DNA of 64,000 nt. Source: an uncultured bacterium (GTDB taxonomy: Bacteria; Calescibacteriota; Calescibacteriia; Calescibacteriales; Calescibacteriaceae). The notes beneath the pieces are model-generated. The model did no database searches, had not been told where the DNA came from, and was given only the letters and a program-made list of their open reading frames with translations. The position numbers and the translations under genes were made by a program. Where the stretch lies: positions 52,722 to 116,721 of the forward strand of contig CALHPK010000003.1 of assembly GCA_938036315.1 (NCBI GenBank). Direction: 5' to 3'. How positions within the stretch are numbered: position 1 is the stretch's first letter; the number at the start of each line of letters is the position of its first letter. Below are positions 1 to 9,870 of the stretch, in pieces.

Positions 1-276
1 GATCTATAAAAAAGATAAAATTAGTAGCAATAATTTTTCACAATTACAGTTAAGCGTAATAGTTTGAAGTAGGTATCAACGATAATGATCAAGTAAAAGT
101 AATAGAAATCACAAATGTTAGGCTCCTTAAGGACATTCAAATATAAAATCAACGCAGAAGTAATAAAATTACTGGAAAAATAATAAAGATTTTTCGAACT
201 GGGAAATTTCTTTGGATTTGCTTAAAATGATAGACCAGAAGCTTTTTACTTTGCAATTAATGCGGGTAGTGTAGCT

Positions 277-1002
277 ATGAGACTTTATTGCGTAGGGGTT
301 GGACCTGGGGATCCTGAACTAATCACGATAAAGGGACGCAATGTAATTGAAGGAGCTGATGTAATTTTCACTCCGATAAAGTCTCTACAATCAGAAAGCT
401 TTGCTCTTGAAATCATCAGAAAGGTCGTTGATCTTTCGGGCAAAGAAATAATTAAGCTTCTTTTTCCCATGGTAACTAATGAAGAAAAGCTCATCCCGTA
501 CTGGGAGAAAGCATATAACAAAATAAAGGAAAAATTAACAGAGAATAAAAAGTGTGTATTCATCGTTGAAGGAGATCCCTTGATATATTCAACTTTCAAT
601 AGTATACTGAAAATGGCAAAAGATAAAAATGAATTCGAAGTTGAGATAATCCCTGGCATATCTTCATTCCAAGCTATGGCAGCAAGATTGAAAGTACCTA
701 TTGTTGATGGAGATGAAATCTTAGCTATTATGCCAGCATCATTTAAGGAAAAATCAGGATGCAGAACCGCAGAGCTCCGCGAAGATTTTGAGAAAATTTT
801 TGATATTGCCTCTACCATCTTCATTATGAAATCTGGGAGGGTTCTACCAGAACTTATAAATAAATTGAGTAACAAAAAAACTCTGGCATTCTTCGGAGAA
901 CTCTGCAGCACAGAACAAGAATTTATTTCAGAATTGACCCCGCAACTTATACATAGAAAAAATCAATATTTCTCTACAGTGATGATAAAAAAGAAATATT
1001 AA
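277..1002 (+). CDS. cbiL: Precorrin-2 C20-methyltransferase-type tetrapyrrole methylase (CbiL/CobI-like)
   Basis: 241-aa ORF. N-terminal LYCVGVGPGDPELITIKG motif of the tetrapyrrole methylase family, then LLFPM, VEGDPLIYSTF and IPGISSFQAMAA blocks in the order typical of CbiL/CobI. Confidence 0.7.
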   Translation: MRLYCVGVGPGDPELITIKGRNVIEGADVIFTPIKSLQSESFALEIIRKVVDLSGKEIIKLLFPMVTNEEKLIPYWEKAYNKIKEKLTENKKCVFIVEGDPLIYSTFNSILKMAKDKNEFEVEIIPGISSFQAMAARLKVPIVDGDEILAIMPASFKEKSGCRTAELREDFEKIFDIASTIFIMKSGRVLPELINKLSNKKTLAFFGELCSTEQEFISELTPQLIHRKNQYFSTVMIKKKY

Positions 1003-1035
1003 AAGCTAAGTGAGTAAAGTAAAGTAAAGCAAAGG

Positions 1036-1752
1036 ATGGAAATAAGTGGTAGCAGAGCTTTAATAACAGGTGGAGCCAGAAGATTAGGGAAATTTTTTGC
1101 TATAGAGCTTGCAAAAATGGGAGCAGATGTTATAATTCACTTTTTCTCTTCACAAAGAGAAGCTCAAGCTACCAAAAAGCATTGCGAAAAAGCAGGAGTA
1201 AATGTTGAGCTTATAAAATGTGATTTCTCATCATTGCAAAACATAGCACCACTTCTCAGAACCGTTAGAAGGTGTTCAATTCTGGTAAATAACGCTAGCT
1301 CTTTTTATAAGGTACCAATTGAAAAGATAAACTACGCAGAAATTATCAAAAACATCAACGTAAATTTTGTAGTTCATTTTCTTCTCATAAAAGAAATGTG
1401 GCTTGAAGCATCTACTAAAGGGAGACAAACTAAGGTTATAAACATACTTGACGCAGAAAGAACAAGGAGAAATTTTATTCCTTATCACATTGGTAAAGTT
1501 CTCCTCCAATATACAACTGAAGAACTTGCTAAGTTTTTTGCTCCACAAGTCATAATAAACGGTATAGCTTTGGGTCCAATATTGCCGCCTCCGGGTAAGT
1601 CCACAAGTCAGCTTCTTAAAATATCAGAGAAAACTCTCTTGAAAAGGCCAGGAACCATCCAAGAAGTGCTGTCCGCTTTCTTATTTCTCTTGAATAATGA
1701 TTATATCGTTGGTCAGGTGATATATATTGCCGGCGGAGGGCAGCTAACATAA
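1036..1752 (+). CDS. Short-chain dehydrogenase/reductase (SDR) family oxidoreductase
   Basis: 238 aa. Rossmann motif ALITGGARRLG, NNASS block, YxxxK catalytic pair (YHIGK). Confidence 0.85.
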   Translation: MEISGSRALITGGARRLGKFFAIELAKMGADVIIHFFSSQREAQATKKHCEKAGVNVELIKCDFSSLQNIAPLLRTVRRCSILVNNASSFYKVPIEKINYAEIIKNINVNFVVHFLLIKEMWLEASTKGRQTKVINILDAERTRRNFIPYHIGKVLLQYTTEELAKFFAPQVIINGIALGPILPPPGKSTSQLLKISEKTLLKRPGTIQEVLSAFLFLLNNDYIVGQVIYIAGGGQLT

Positions 1753-1758
1753 CAAAGT

Positions 1759-2586
1759 CTAGCATGATGAGAATATCATCTTCACTTTAGTCCCCTTGTT
1801 CGGCTCCGAATCTATTTCCAATTTCGCATTATGAAGATCAGCAACTTTCTTCACCACACTCATTCCCAATCCTATTCCACGCGTCTTTGTGGTCAAAAAT
1901 GGTAGAAAAATCTTTTTCATCATCTCAGGAAGAATTCCACATCCTGTATCCTCAATTTCACATACTATATTACTACCATCATCGTAAGTCCTCACAAATA
2001 TTTCTTTTTTAGGAGATTTTTCGACACTCTCTATGGCATTAAGTATAATGTTTGAAAAAGCTCGCTTCAGCAAAAATCTATCACACATAATGAAAATTTT
2101 GTCAGAAGAATATTCCTTATTGATTGAAAATTGATATGGGAACAAAAATTCCTTGATCTCCTCAATTTCAAAAATAGTATCTTCTAAGATGGACTCCAGA
2201 TTCTCCTTTTTCATATTTATCTTCTGCCCTTTAACAAAGATCGTTATATTAGTGATAATTGTATCTATTCTATCAAGAATAGATTTTATCGACCTTTTAC
2301 TTTCTTCATCAATATCTAAAGAAAGGATCTTGTTTTTGAGAGCAAAAAGCGGATTTTTTATCTCATGAGCAATAACAGAAGCCATATCAATCATAGCAGA
2401 ATACTTTTCCTTCAAGATAAACTCTTGTAGAACACTTCTGGCAAACTCTTGAAAACTCTCATATGAAATGTTAACGACAAAACTTTCGTGCAGTATTTTA
2501 ATCATATTTCCGTTAATCTCGAATCTAATCTCCGAGGGATCTGATATAACATAAACTTTTTCTTCCGGAACAGAAGAATTGGGCAT
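1759..2586 (-). CDS. Soluble sensor histidine kinase (HisKA + HATPase_c), no adjacent response regulator
   Basis: 275 aa. H-box SVIAHEIKNPL, N-box NIILNAIES, G-boxes EDTGCGI and GIGLGMSVV. No obvious transmembrane segment. Confidence 0.85.
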   Translation of the reverse strand: MPNSSVPEEKVYVISDPSEIRFEINGNMIKILHESFVVNISYESFQEFARSVLQEFILKEKYSAMIDMASVIAHEIKNPLFALKNKILSLDIDEESKRSIKSILDRIDTIITNITIFVKGQKINMKKENLESILEDTIFEIEEIKEFLFPYQFSINKEYSSDKIFIMCDRFLLKRAFSNIILNAIESVEKSPKKEIFVRTYDDGSNIVCEIEDTGCGILPEMMKKIFLPFLTTKTRGIGLGMSVVKKVADLHNAKLEIDSEPNKGTKVKMIFSSC

Positions 2587-2620
2587 AATAATAATTTTAA
2601 AATTGGAGCATCTATGAAGT

Positions 2621-2680
2621 TTTTCTCTCAGTTCACCTATTTTTCTCTCAGTTCACTTGTTTTTCTCCCAGTTTACCTGT
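2621..2680. repeat. 3 x 20-bp tandem direct repeat
   Basis: Read directly: ttttctctcagttcacctat (2621-2640), ttttctctcagttcacttgt (2641-2660), ttttctcccagtttacctgt (2661-2680). Lies between the nadD stop (2673-2675) and the histidine-kinase start (2586). Confidence 0.95.
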
Positions 2681-3233
2681 AAAGTTTCTTCTTCTCTATG
2701 TAATCTATAACAGAATCTGGCACAAGCCACTTTATAGATAATCCTTTTTCTATCCTTCTTCTTATCTCAGTTGATGAGATCTGGATTATTTCGGAGTTAA
2801 TCTTTATAAAGCCTGGAATCTCTTCGGATAGACGTATTCTTGGGACCCAACACAGTTTGACCTTCTCCATTATTCTCTTGTAATCTTTCCAAGTGTTGAA
2901 AGAAACTGCAGAGTCTTCTCCCATAATCAAAAATATCTCAGAGTCTTTGAATTCTGAAGTAAAAAATCCGACAGTATCGATAGTATATGAAATTCCCCCT
3001 TTTTTTATTTCATAATCTGATACTAAAAAATTCTTATGTTGTAAAGTAGCAATATCCACCATAATCAATCTATCCTGTGCTGAGGCATGCGGAACTTTTC
3101 CATGAGGTGGGATGTTGGCAACAACAAAAATTACAAGGTCAAGAGAAAGCTGTTCCATACTTCTCTGAGCGACAACTAAGTGTCCGATGTGAGGAGGATC
3201 GAAGACTCCCCCAAATAGCCCTATTTTCCTCAT
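2673..3233 (-). CDS. nadD: Nicotinate-nucleotide adenylyltransferase
   Basis: GLFGGVFDPPHIGHL (HxGH nucleotidyltransferase motif) and ISSTEIRRRI. I prefer the ATG at 3233, which overlaps the dnaE TGA stop as ATGA, over the GTG at 3242 used by the ORF track. Confidence 0.9.
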   Translation of the reverse strand: MRKIGLFGGVFDPPHIGHLVVAQRSMEQLSLDLVIFVVANIPPHGKVPHASAQDRLIMVDIATLQHKNFLVSDYEIKKGGISYTIDTVGFFTSEFKDSEIFLIMGEDSAVSFNTWKDYKRIMEKVKLCWVPRIRLSEEIPGFIKINSEIIQISSTEIRRRIEKGLSIKWLVPDSVIDYIEKKKLYR

Positions 3234-6200
3234 TGACGCCACTGAACAAAGTTTTGGACAAAATCTCTTGGCAAAAGCACGGCTAAAAATCCATTTCCTA
3301 ACAACTCTTCCTTCAGAGAAGCGGATATATCTATACTCTTTCTATAGGCAAATATATTCCCATTAACCTCCACTACAACCTTCATATTCCCTGCTTCCTG
3401 CTTTCTTAGCACCTCTTTTAATCTTTCAACTTTCTGCCCAGATGTAACTTTGATAACAAGGCATGAATCTTCAATCTTAAAGAATATATCAGATACAAGA
3501 ATATTTCCGGATCTTTTTCCAAGAAAAACATAACTATCACCTTTTCTTATCTTTCCTGCATCTGGGCTCAAGAGAATAACTTCCAATACCTTGCCGTTTG
3601 AGACCTGGAGGTTTACAAGATATCCACTCTTGAGAATCAAGATATCTTTGACAATACCTACAACTTCAGAAATATCTCTTCTGACATCCAAGGGTAGAAA
3701 TCCTTTTGAAATTTCAGCTATCTTACTCTCAGCATTTTGCGAGGAAAGGAGAACCCCTATAGTTTCTATTTCCCACTTCTGAATATCATCATCTGATATC
3801 TCACTATTATTACTTTTAAATAGAGATAGAGAAAGTTCTCCTGATAATCTGGCGTAGAGTATGTGGAGCGCCTTTTTTCTATCTATCATCTCATCAAAAG
3901 CTCCCGCTTTGACCAATGTCTCAATAACCTTTTTATTTACTCCAAAATTTCTTGCTATATTTAGGAATCCCTCAAAGCTTGTGATTTTTAACTTTTCTCG
4001 CAACTTCAGAATGGATTCAATGGCAGACTCCCCCAGTCCTTTTATTCCCCCAAGACCGAATCTTATCGCGTCGCCTTCAACTGTAAAGTCAGCAGAGCTT
4101 CTGGAAATTGATGGTGGAAGGATCTTATAACCAAGCTTCAACAAAGTTTCTATGTATGAGGTAAGTTTTTCAAAATTCCCCATCTCAGACGACAGGAGAA
4201 CCGAAATATATTCGAGCGGATAATTAGCTTTTAGGTAAGCAGTAACATAGGACAAGAAAGCGTAGGCAGCTGAATGAGATTTGTTAAAGGCATAGCCAGC
4301 AAACTTTTCCATAATATCAAATATCTCCTCAGCTTTGCCCTTTTCTATTCCATTTTTTACACAACCTGATATAAACTTCTCTCTTATTGACTCCATCAGC
4401 TCAGCCTTTTTCTTCCCCATAGCCTCGCGTAGGATATCAGCTTCTCCCATAGTGAAACCTGCAAGAATATTTGCACAAAGCATTATCTGCTCCTGATATA
4501 GAAAGCTCCCATAAGTTTCTTTAAGGATTGGCTCAAGCTTAGGATGTGGATATTCTATTGGCTTCAATCCCTTTTTCTTTTCAATAAAATCTGAAACCAT
4601 TCCAGATTGAATAGGTCCCGGTCTGTAAAGAGCAACCGCAGCTATAAGCTCATAGATATTTTCGGGCTCCAGTTTCATAAGCATCTCCCTCATACCTGCG
4701 CTTTCGAACTGGAAGACACCGAAAACATCTCCCTTTTTGAGCATCTCATAAGTTTTCTTGTCATCAAGTGGGATGCTTTCAAAACTTAACTCAATACCGT
4801 ACCTTTGCTTTATAAGTTTGAAAGTTCTATCTACTACAGTCAGGGTTTCAAGTCCAAGAAAGTCGAACTTAACAAGCCCTATTTTTTCGAGAGATTCCAT
4901 ATCAAAGTGCGTCGTAAACTCATCTTTAGATCTTGAAATCGATGTATATTCGGTTATTGGTTTGTCTGATATAACAAAACCTGAAGCATGAGACCCTACA
5001 TGCCTTATCAGTCCCTCTATTTTTTTCGCCTTCTCCAAAATTGTTTTGAATTTGTGATTTGAATCAACAAGATCTTTTAATTCTGGGATTTTCTGATAGG
5101 CTTCTTCCAGTGTCCATTTTTTCGATGGTTCTTGTGGTACAAGCTCGGCAAGAGTTGAAACATCTTCTATCGGCTCACCAAGAATTCTTCCTACATCTCT
5201 TATTGCTGCGCGAGCTCCAAATGTTCCAAATGTTACAATATGAGCAACATGATCTTCTCCATATTTTCCCTTTACATAATCAAGAATTGATTCTCGCTTC
5301 TCTTTGCAGAAATCTATATCTATGTCTGGGGGTTTTTCCCTTTCTGGATTCAAGAACCTTTCAAATAGGAGCCCGTACTTTATTGGGTCAAGCTCGGTTA
5401 TTCTGAGACTCCATGAAGTTAGAGCTCCTGCTGCAGAACCTCTGCCCGGACCCACAGCTATTCCCGAATTTTTCGCAAATCTGATGAAATCTTCGACAAC
5501 AAGGAAATATGACGAAAAACCTTTCTGAGAGATTATATCAAGCTCGTATCTTAGCCTATCCCAGTACAGATTTTCGTCGAATTTCTCTCCTCTTTTTCTT
5601 TTTTCTTCTAATCTAATTTTCAGACCTTCCTCTGCTTTTCTTCTTATGGTTTCATCAGGGTCTCCAAATTCAGGTGGCTTTGGAATTCTCAGACTCCTCG
5701 CTTTCTCGAACTCAAAATTACACTTTTTAATAATCTCCTGATGAGTTTCAATAGCCTGCGGGATATCTCCAAAAGCAGATTTCATCTCATCATATGATTT
5801 CAGATAAAGTCCTCTTATTTTATATCTGAACTTTCTGTCGGATGAATTAAGTTTCTCACCATAAGAGATAGCAACGAGCATATCCTGTACCTCAAAGTCA
5901 GCTGGATCAGCATAGTGACTGTCTGCAGTAGCCACAACTGGTATTTTGAGCTTTTCCGAAAACTCAAGAAGATAATCATTAACTTTTCTTTGTCTTGCAA
6001 TAGCTTGTATATCTGTTTCTCTATGCGGATCAGCAGGCTCTCCCCTCATCAACTCAAGGTAGAAATCTTCACGAAAGTGATATTTAAATAGTTCTGCCAT
6101 CTTGAAGGCTTCGTCGTATTTACCCTCTACAATAAGGCGCGGTAAAATACCATTAAGACAACCTGATAATACAACCAGTCCCTCTTTATACTCAAGAAGA

Positions 6201-6559
6201 GTCTGGACATCAATTCTGGGCTTTCTGTAGAAACCCTCAATATTAGCTATCTTCAGAAGAAGACATAGATTCCTGTACCCGATCTCGTTTTTTACAAGAA
6301 CGGTCAGATGAAAATTTCCTTCTTCTTGTAACTTTTCTGTAAGTCTTCTTGGAGCTACGTATACTTCACATCCTATGATAGGTTTCAATCCAGCTTCCTT
6401 AGCTTTGAAAAAAAACTCCACTGCTGAAAAAATGTTTCCGTGCTCAGTTAATGCTACCGCTGAGATTTTCCTCTGAAGTGCCCTTTCTACAAGCTGATCA
6501 ACTGTCATTGCTCCATCCAGAATACTGTAGTGAGTATGAGAATGAAAATGACCTATCAT
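3230..6559 (-). CDS. dnaE: DNA polymerase III alpha subunit
   Basis: 1109 aa. N-terminal PHP motif HFHSHTHYSILDGA, FNKSHSAAYA block, C-terminal OB-like region. GAGGAGGTG Shine-Dalgarno upstream of the ATG. Confidence 0.95.
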   Translation of the reverse strand: MIGHFHSHTHYSILDGAMTVDQLVERALQRKISAVALTEHGNIFSAVEFFFKAKEAGLKPIIGCEVYVAPRRLTEKLQEEGNFHLTVLVKNEIGYRNLCLLLKIANIEGFYRKPRIDVQTLLEYKEGLVVLSGCLNGILPRLIVEGKYDEAFKMAELFKYHFREDFYLELMRGEPADPHRETDIQAIARQRKVNDYLLEFSEKLKIPVVATADSHYADPADFEVQDMLVAISYGEKLNSSDRKFRYKIRGLYLKSYDEMKSAFGDIPQAIETHQEIIKKCNFEFEKARSLRIPKPPEFGDPDETIRRKAEEGLKIRLEEKRKRGEKFDENLYWDRLRYELDIISQKGFSSYFLVVEDFIRFAKNSGIAVGPGRGSAAGALTSWSLRITELDPIKYGLLFERFLNPEREKPPDIDIDFCKEKRESILDYVKGKYGEDHVAHIVTFGTFGARAAIRDVGRILGEPIEDVSTLAELVPQEPSKKWTLEEAYQKIPELKDLVDSNHKFKTILEKAKKIEGLIRHVGSHASGFVISDKPITEYTSISRSKDEFTTHFDMESLEKIGLVKFDFLGLETLTVVDRTFKLIKQRYGIELSFESIPLDDKKTYEMLKKGDVFGVFQFESAGMREMLMKLEPENIYELIAAVALYRPGPIQSGMVSDFIEKKKGLKPIEYPHPKLEPILKETYGSFLYQEQIMLCANILAGFTMGEADILREAMGKKKAELMESIREKFISGCVKNGIEKGKAEEIFDIMEKFAGYAFNKSHSAAYAFLSYVTAYLKANYPLEYISVLLSSEMGNFEKLTSYIETLLKLGYKILPPSISRSSADFTVEGDAIRFGLGGIKGLGESAIESILKLREKLKITSFEGFLNIARNFGVNKKVIETLVKAGAFDEMIDRKKALHILYARLSGELSLSLFKSNNSEISDDDIQKWEIETIGVLLSSQNAESKIAEISKGFLPLDVRRDISEVVGIVKDILILKSGYLVNLQVSNGKVLEVILLSPDAGKIRKGDSYVFLGKRSGNILVSDIFFKIEDSCLVIKVTSGQKVERLKEVLRKQEAGNMKVVVEVNGNIFAYRKSIDISASLKEELLGNGFLAVLLPRDFVQNFVQWRQ

Positions 6560-6754
6560 CTAATTCAGCACCTCCTCTGTCAAAGGATGCTCTAAAAAAT
6601 TAAAAATAATTGCCCATGTAATCCAAATGCAATAATTTTAAAAATTATAAACAGAAAATAAAATTATAAAAAGCTGATCGCAAAAATTAATTGATCGTGG
6701 ATAACTTTATGAAAATGCATCTGAGTATTTGTCTTTTACATATTACTATCATCA

Positions 6755-8263
6755 TCAGAGAAGGTTAAAGAATGCCTCGGCTTTCCGTAATCCCAAAGCT
6801 TCAAGGATATGCTCCTTTTTTATATTGTTCTCACCTTCCAAATCCGCTATTGTTCTTGCCATCTTCAGAATTCTAAAAACTCCGCGTGTAGAGAGCGAAA
6901 ATTTTGCTATCGCCATCTTTAAAATATTTTCACACTCAGTATCTACTGTGAGAAAATCCTTCTGATACTTAGGAGGAACTTCGGAGTTAAGCAGAAAACC
7001 AAATTCTTTATATCTCCTCAGTTGTATCTCTCGAGCCTGTAACACCTTCTCACGCATAAATTTAGTCTCACCACGACTTTCGGATTTTGAGAAAATTTCT
7101 TCCGCCTTCAATGCGGGGACTTCAAGATACATATCAAACCTATCGAGCAATGGACCCGATATCTTTGAAATATACCTTTTTATCTGGGATAAAGAGCAAA
7201 CACATTCTTTTTCGGGATTTTTGTAATTCCCACATGGGCACGGATTCATTGCACAAATAATCTGGAAACTAGACGGGAAAGAAACTGTCCTCTGAGCGCG
7301 AGATACTACAACTTTTCTATCTTCCAACGGTATTCTTAAAGCTTCCAAAGTTTGCCTTCTAAATTCAGGAAGTTCATCTAAGAATAGGATTCCCCTATGC
7401 GCTAAGCTAACCTCGCCTGGGCGGGGGATTGATCCACCCCCTATCATAGCGACATCAGAAATCGTATAATGAGGAGCTCTAAAAGGTCTCAACCCAGTTT
7501 TTCTCGATATCCCAGCTATAGAGTATATCCTCATAACTTCTAATTCCTCCTCTTCGGAAAGCGGGGGTAATATAGATAATATCGATTTAGCTAAAATGGT
7601 CTTACCAGCCCCAGGCGGTCCGACCATAAGGATATTATGTCCACCCGCAGCTCCTATAAGTAAAGCTCTCTTTATCGCTTTATGCCCAACTATATCGTCA
7701 AATGTGATCTCAAAGTCCTCCGAATCGAGCTTCAATTCCTCCTTTTTAATCTCGGGAAGAAAACGCTCCCCTTTGATCAAAGATATCACATCCCTGAGAT
7801 TCTCAGCGAAAAATCCCTCTGCTCCAACGAAACAAACTTCCCTATTTTCTGCCGGAACCACAATTTTAGCTTTCTTCTCTTTTGCATACATCGCAATAGA
7901 TACTATACCCCTTACCGGCTTCAGCTTACCGTCAAGTGAAAGCTCTCCAACAAATATCAATGGAGCAACACTGAACCTTTCAGTGATAGAGATTATCCCA
8001 ACAGCAATTGGAAGATCATAAAATGATCCCTCTTTCTTTATATCCGCTGGAGCAAGGTTTACAGTTATCCTCCTCAATGGGAATTGAAACCCGGAATTTT
8101 TTATTGCGCTTTTTACCCTATCCCTGCTTTCTCTCACAGCTGAGTCCGGGAGCCCAACTATATTGAACGATGGAATCCCACTGGATACATCAACTTCAAC
8201 CTGCACATCGTAAGCATCTATCCCTAAAACTCCTGCTGAAAATACCTTTATAATCTCTGACAT
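6755..8263 (-). CDS. comM: Mg-chelatase-like AAA+ protein YifB/ComM
   Basis: 502 aa. Walker A GPPGAGKT, LFLDELPEF, MNPCPCG zinc-ribbon-like insert, N-terminal Lon-protease-like domain pattern. Confidence 0.9.
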   Translation of the reverse strand: MSEIIKVFSAGVLGIDAYDVQVEVDVSSGIPSFNIVGLPDSAVRESRDRVKSAIKNSGFQFPLRRITVNLAPADIKKEGSFYDLPIAVGIISITERFSVAPLIFVGELSLDGKLKPVRGIVSIAMYAKEKKAKIVVPAENREVCFVGAEGFFAENLRDVISLIKGERFLPEIKKEELKLDSEDFEITFDDIVGHKAIKRALLIGAAGGHNILMVGPPGAGKTILAKSILSILPPLSEEEELEVMRIYSIAGISRKTGLRPFRAPHYTISDVAMIGGGSIPRPGEVSLAHRGILFLDELPEFRRQTLEALRIPLEDRKVVVSRAQRTVSFPSSFQIICAMNPCPCGNYKNPEKECVCSLSQIKRYISKISGPLLDRFDMYLEVPALKAEEIFSKSESRGETKFMREKVLQAREIQLRRYKEFGFLLNSEVPPKYQKDFLTVDTECENILKMAIAKFSLSTRGVFRILKMARTIADLEGENNIKKEHILEALGLRKAEAFFNLL

Positions 8264-8264
8264 C

Positions 8265-9137
8265 TCAGTATATTCTTTTGAATTTAAGTAATGGAAAATA
8301 AAACTTTAGTATTTCCTTCCAAGAGGCACCCTCCTCCGCTAGCTTCTTTGCTCCCCATTGACACATCCCCACCCCATGACCAAAGCCTCTGCCGTAAAAT
8401 ATTATGTTCCCATCACCAACGACCTCAACATCCAAGAAGTTACTCTTTAGAAACTTCCTTATATCATAATAATCAAGAAATATTCCATCCTCCGGAAAAA
8501 TTATAGATATCACCCTTCCATGCTCAGTTTTCTCAAGATACACATCTCTGGTAATCTTATTCCAATTATTGCGAGAAAAAATAAGCTTAGCAGTAGTATC
8601 AGTTAAAATCTTTCCAAAGTTCATAATATCGCGAATTCTCATTTTAACTTTCCAGAAAAAGTGAGGAGAATCATAGCATTTCCCACAATTTACAGAAACT
8701 ATATACTTGAAATCTGGATTTCTCCCCCACAGCTCCCACGCTGATTCTGTACTGCCTCCGCATGTCGAATGAAAAAATCCCGGAGCTATGGAACCATTTG
8801 GGAAGGTTAGAACCCAACCACGTGTTTCATCAACAAGATTTGATATTCTACTTGTCCAGCGATATTTGAATACCTGATTCTCTGGACCTGCTACAACATA
8901 CCTTCTTTCATTTTGCAATACATAAAGAACATATGAACGAGAAACGACAGCCTGGGCTTTTATGGCTTCATCTGGCCAACCATCAGGAAGCTCCCCAAAC
9001 ACAACCCCTTTCACATACTCTTCAAGATCAACCTCCCTATACTTCCCATCAATGTAAACTTTCACCTTGGGCGGGAATGATCCATATGCTGGCGATGTAA
9101 ACACCAGAATCAGAAAAAAAACAGAAATGTATCTCAC
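8265..9137 (-). CDS. SpoIID/LytB-domain protein (secreted peptidoglycan-remodelling enzyme family)
   Basis: 290 aa. N-terminal signal-like segment VFFLILVFTSPAYG and the FHSTCGGSTESA motif characteristic of SpoIID/LytB domains. Confidence 0.8.
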   Translation of the reverse strand: MRYISVFFLILVFTSPAYGSFPPKVKVYIDGKYREVDLEEYVKGVVFGELPDGWPDEAIKAQAVVSRSYVLYVLQNERRYVVAGPENQVFKYRWTSRISNLVDETRGWVLTFPNGSIAPGFFHSTCGGSTESAWELWGRNPDFKYIVSVNCGKCYDSPHFFWKVKMRIRDIMNFGKILTDTTAKLIFSRNNWNKITRDVYLEKTEHGRVISIIFPEDGIFLDYYDIRKFLKSNFLDVEVVGDGNIIFYGRGFGHGVGMCQWGAKKLAEEGASWKEILKFYFPLLKFKRIY

Positions 9138-9161
9138 AGCTAATTTGAATTTTACTTATCT

Positions 9162-9863
9162 TCATATTAATTTTTTATCACAAAGTGTTCTAAAATAGCA
9201 CAAGGAACATAGATTTTTAGATGCTGAAACTTTTGGTTCTCTCTTGCCCAACCAAAAATCCATTATATCACTCACCGTATTTTCCACTGCTTGCTTTAAA
9301 TCCCTGAAGAAAAAAATCTCAGATCTCATAGATTGATCCACAACATTCAGTACTTTTATCTCCAATTCAAGATCTTTGATTTCTACAATATCCGGAAGCA
9401 TTCTCTCTATACAAATAGCGTACAGGCCACACTGAATTATGTCAGAAACATATACATCTTGATTCTTCCTTGTTTTAAGCTCCGATATTCTCTTTAACCT
9501 TCCTGATTCAAAGAATATCCTATCTGGAATCCCAGAAATAAGGACTTTTTTGTTAATCTGAAAATCCTCCCAGATGAAACCCAACTTCAATGTGATCTCC
9601 AAATCTCCTTTTGCCTCAAGAACTTTATCAGCTTCCTCAGGTACAATCTTCTCATATGGGAATAGACTATTATGTATCCGTAAGCCTCTTTCCATCTCTG
9701 GTGTAGCCTCAAACCCAAATTTACTCTCGAGTATTTTTCTCCACTCACAGTATATTGAGCTCGAGATATCAGAAACAAAAATTCTTGGAATTCTATTTTT
9801 TGCGGAAAAATCTACCAGCAGAGAAAATTTTTCAACAAGTGAAGATATCAAATTTTTGTACAT
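9162..9863 (-). CDS. Stand-alone Cas4-family PD-(D/E)XK nuclease with 4-Cys Fe-S cluster signature
   Basis: 233 aa. N-terminal Cys in VSDISSSIYCEWRKIL, GLRIH, motif II Asp GIPDRIF, motif III ExK ISELKTRK, QxxxY (QCGLYAI), C-terminal CSLCYFRTLC (CxxCx5C). No cas genes or CRISPR array in the window. Confidence 0.75.
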   Translation of the reverse strand: MYKNLISSLVEKFSLLVDFSAKNRIPRIFVSDISSSIYCEWRKILESKFGFEATPEMERGLRIHNSLFPYEKIVPEEADKVLEAKGDLEITLKLGFIWEDFQINKKVLISGIPDRIFFESGRLKRISELKTRKNQDVYVSDIIQCGLYAICIERMLPDIVEIKDLELEIKVLNVVDQSMRSEIFFFRDLKQAVENTVSDIMDFWLGKREPKVSASKNLCSLCYFRTLCDKKLI

Positions 9864-9870
9864 AGTAAAT

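Noticed and set aside
285-911. Long antisense ORFs fully nested opposite real genes (for example 285-911, 7596-8021, 10654-11142, 13844-14299, 25026-25721, 38758-39267, 42522-42983, 44042-44584, 45128-45553, 52514-53029, 54684-55139, 57858-58307)
   Set aside because: Each lies entirely opposite an ORF with strong family motifs. Their translations are low-complexity (Ser/Pro/Ile/Phe-rich) with no motifs. They sit in the antisense frame that tends to stay open opposite RNY-biased codons. I treat them as shadow ORFs.
2621-2680. CRISPR array (also considered for the other tandem repeats)
   Set aside because: The repeats are directly adjacent with no spacers, only 2-3 copies, 10-22 bp long, and no cas genes are nearby apart from the solo Cas4-like nuclease 6.5 kb away.
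6560-6754. Replication origin near dnaE, or in the AT-rich spacer upstream of parA (22286-22464)
   Set aside because: I found only a single 8-of-9 DnaA-box match (gttatccac on the minus strand at about 6708-6716) and no cluster of boxes. Neither dnaA nor dnaN is adjacent, and I did not assess strand-composition skew. Evidence is insufficient.
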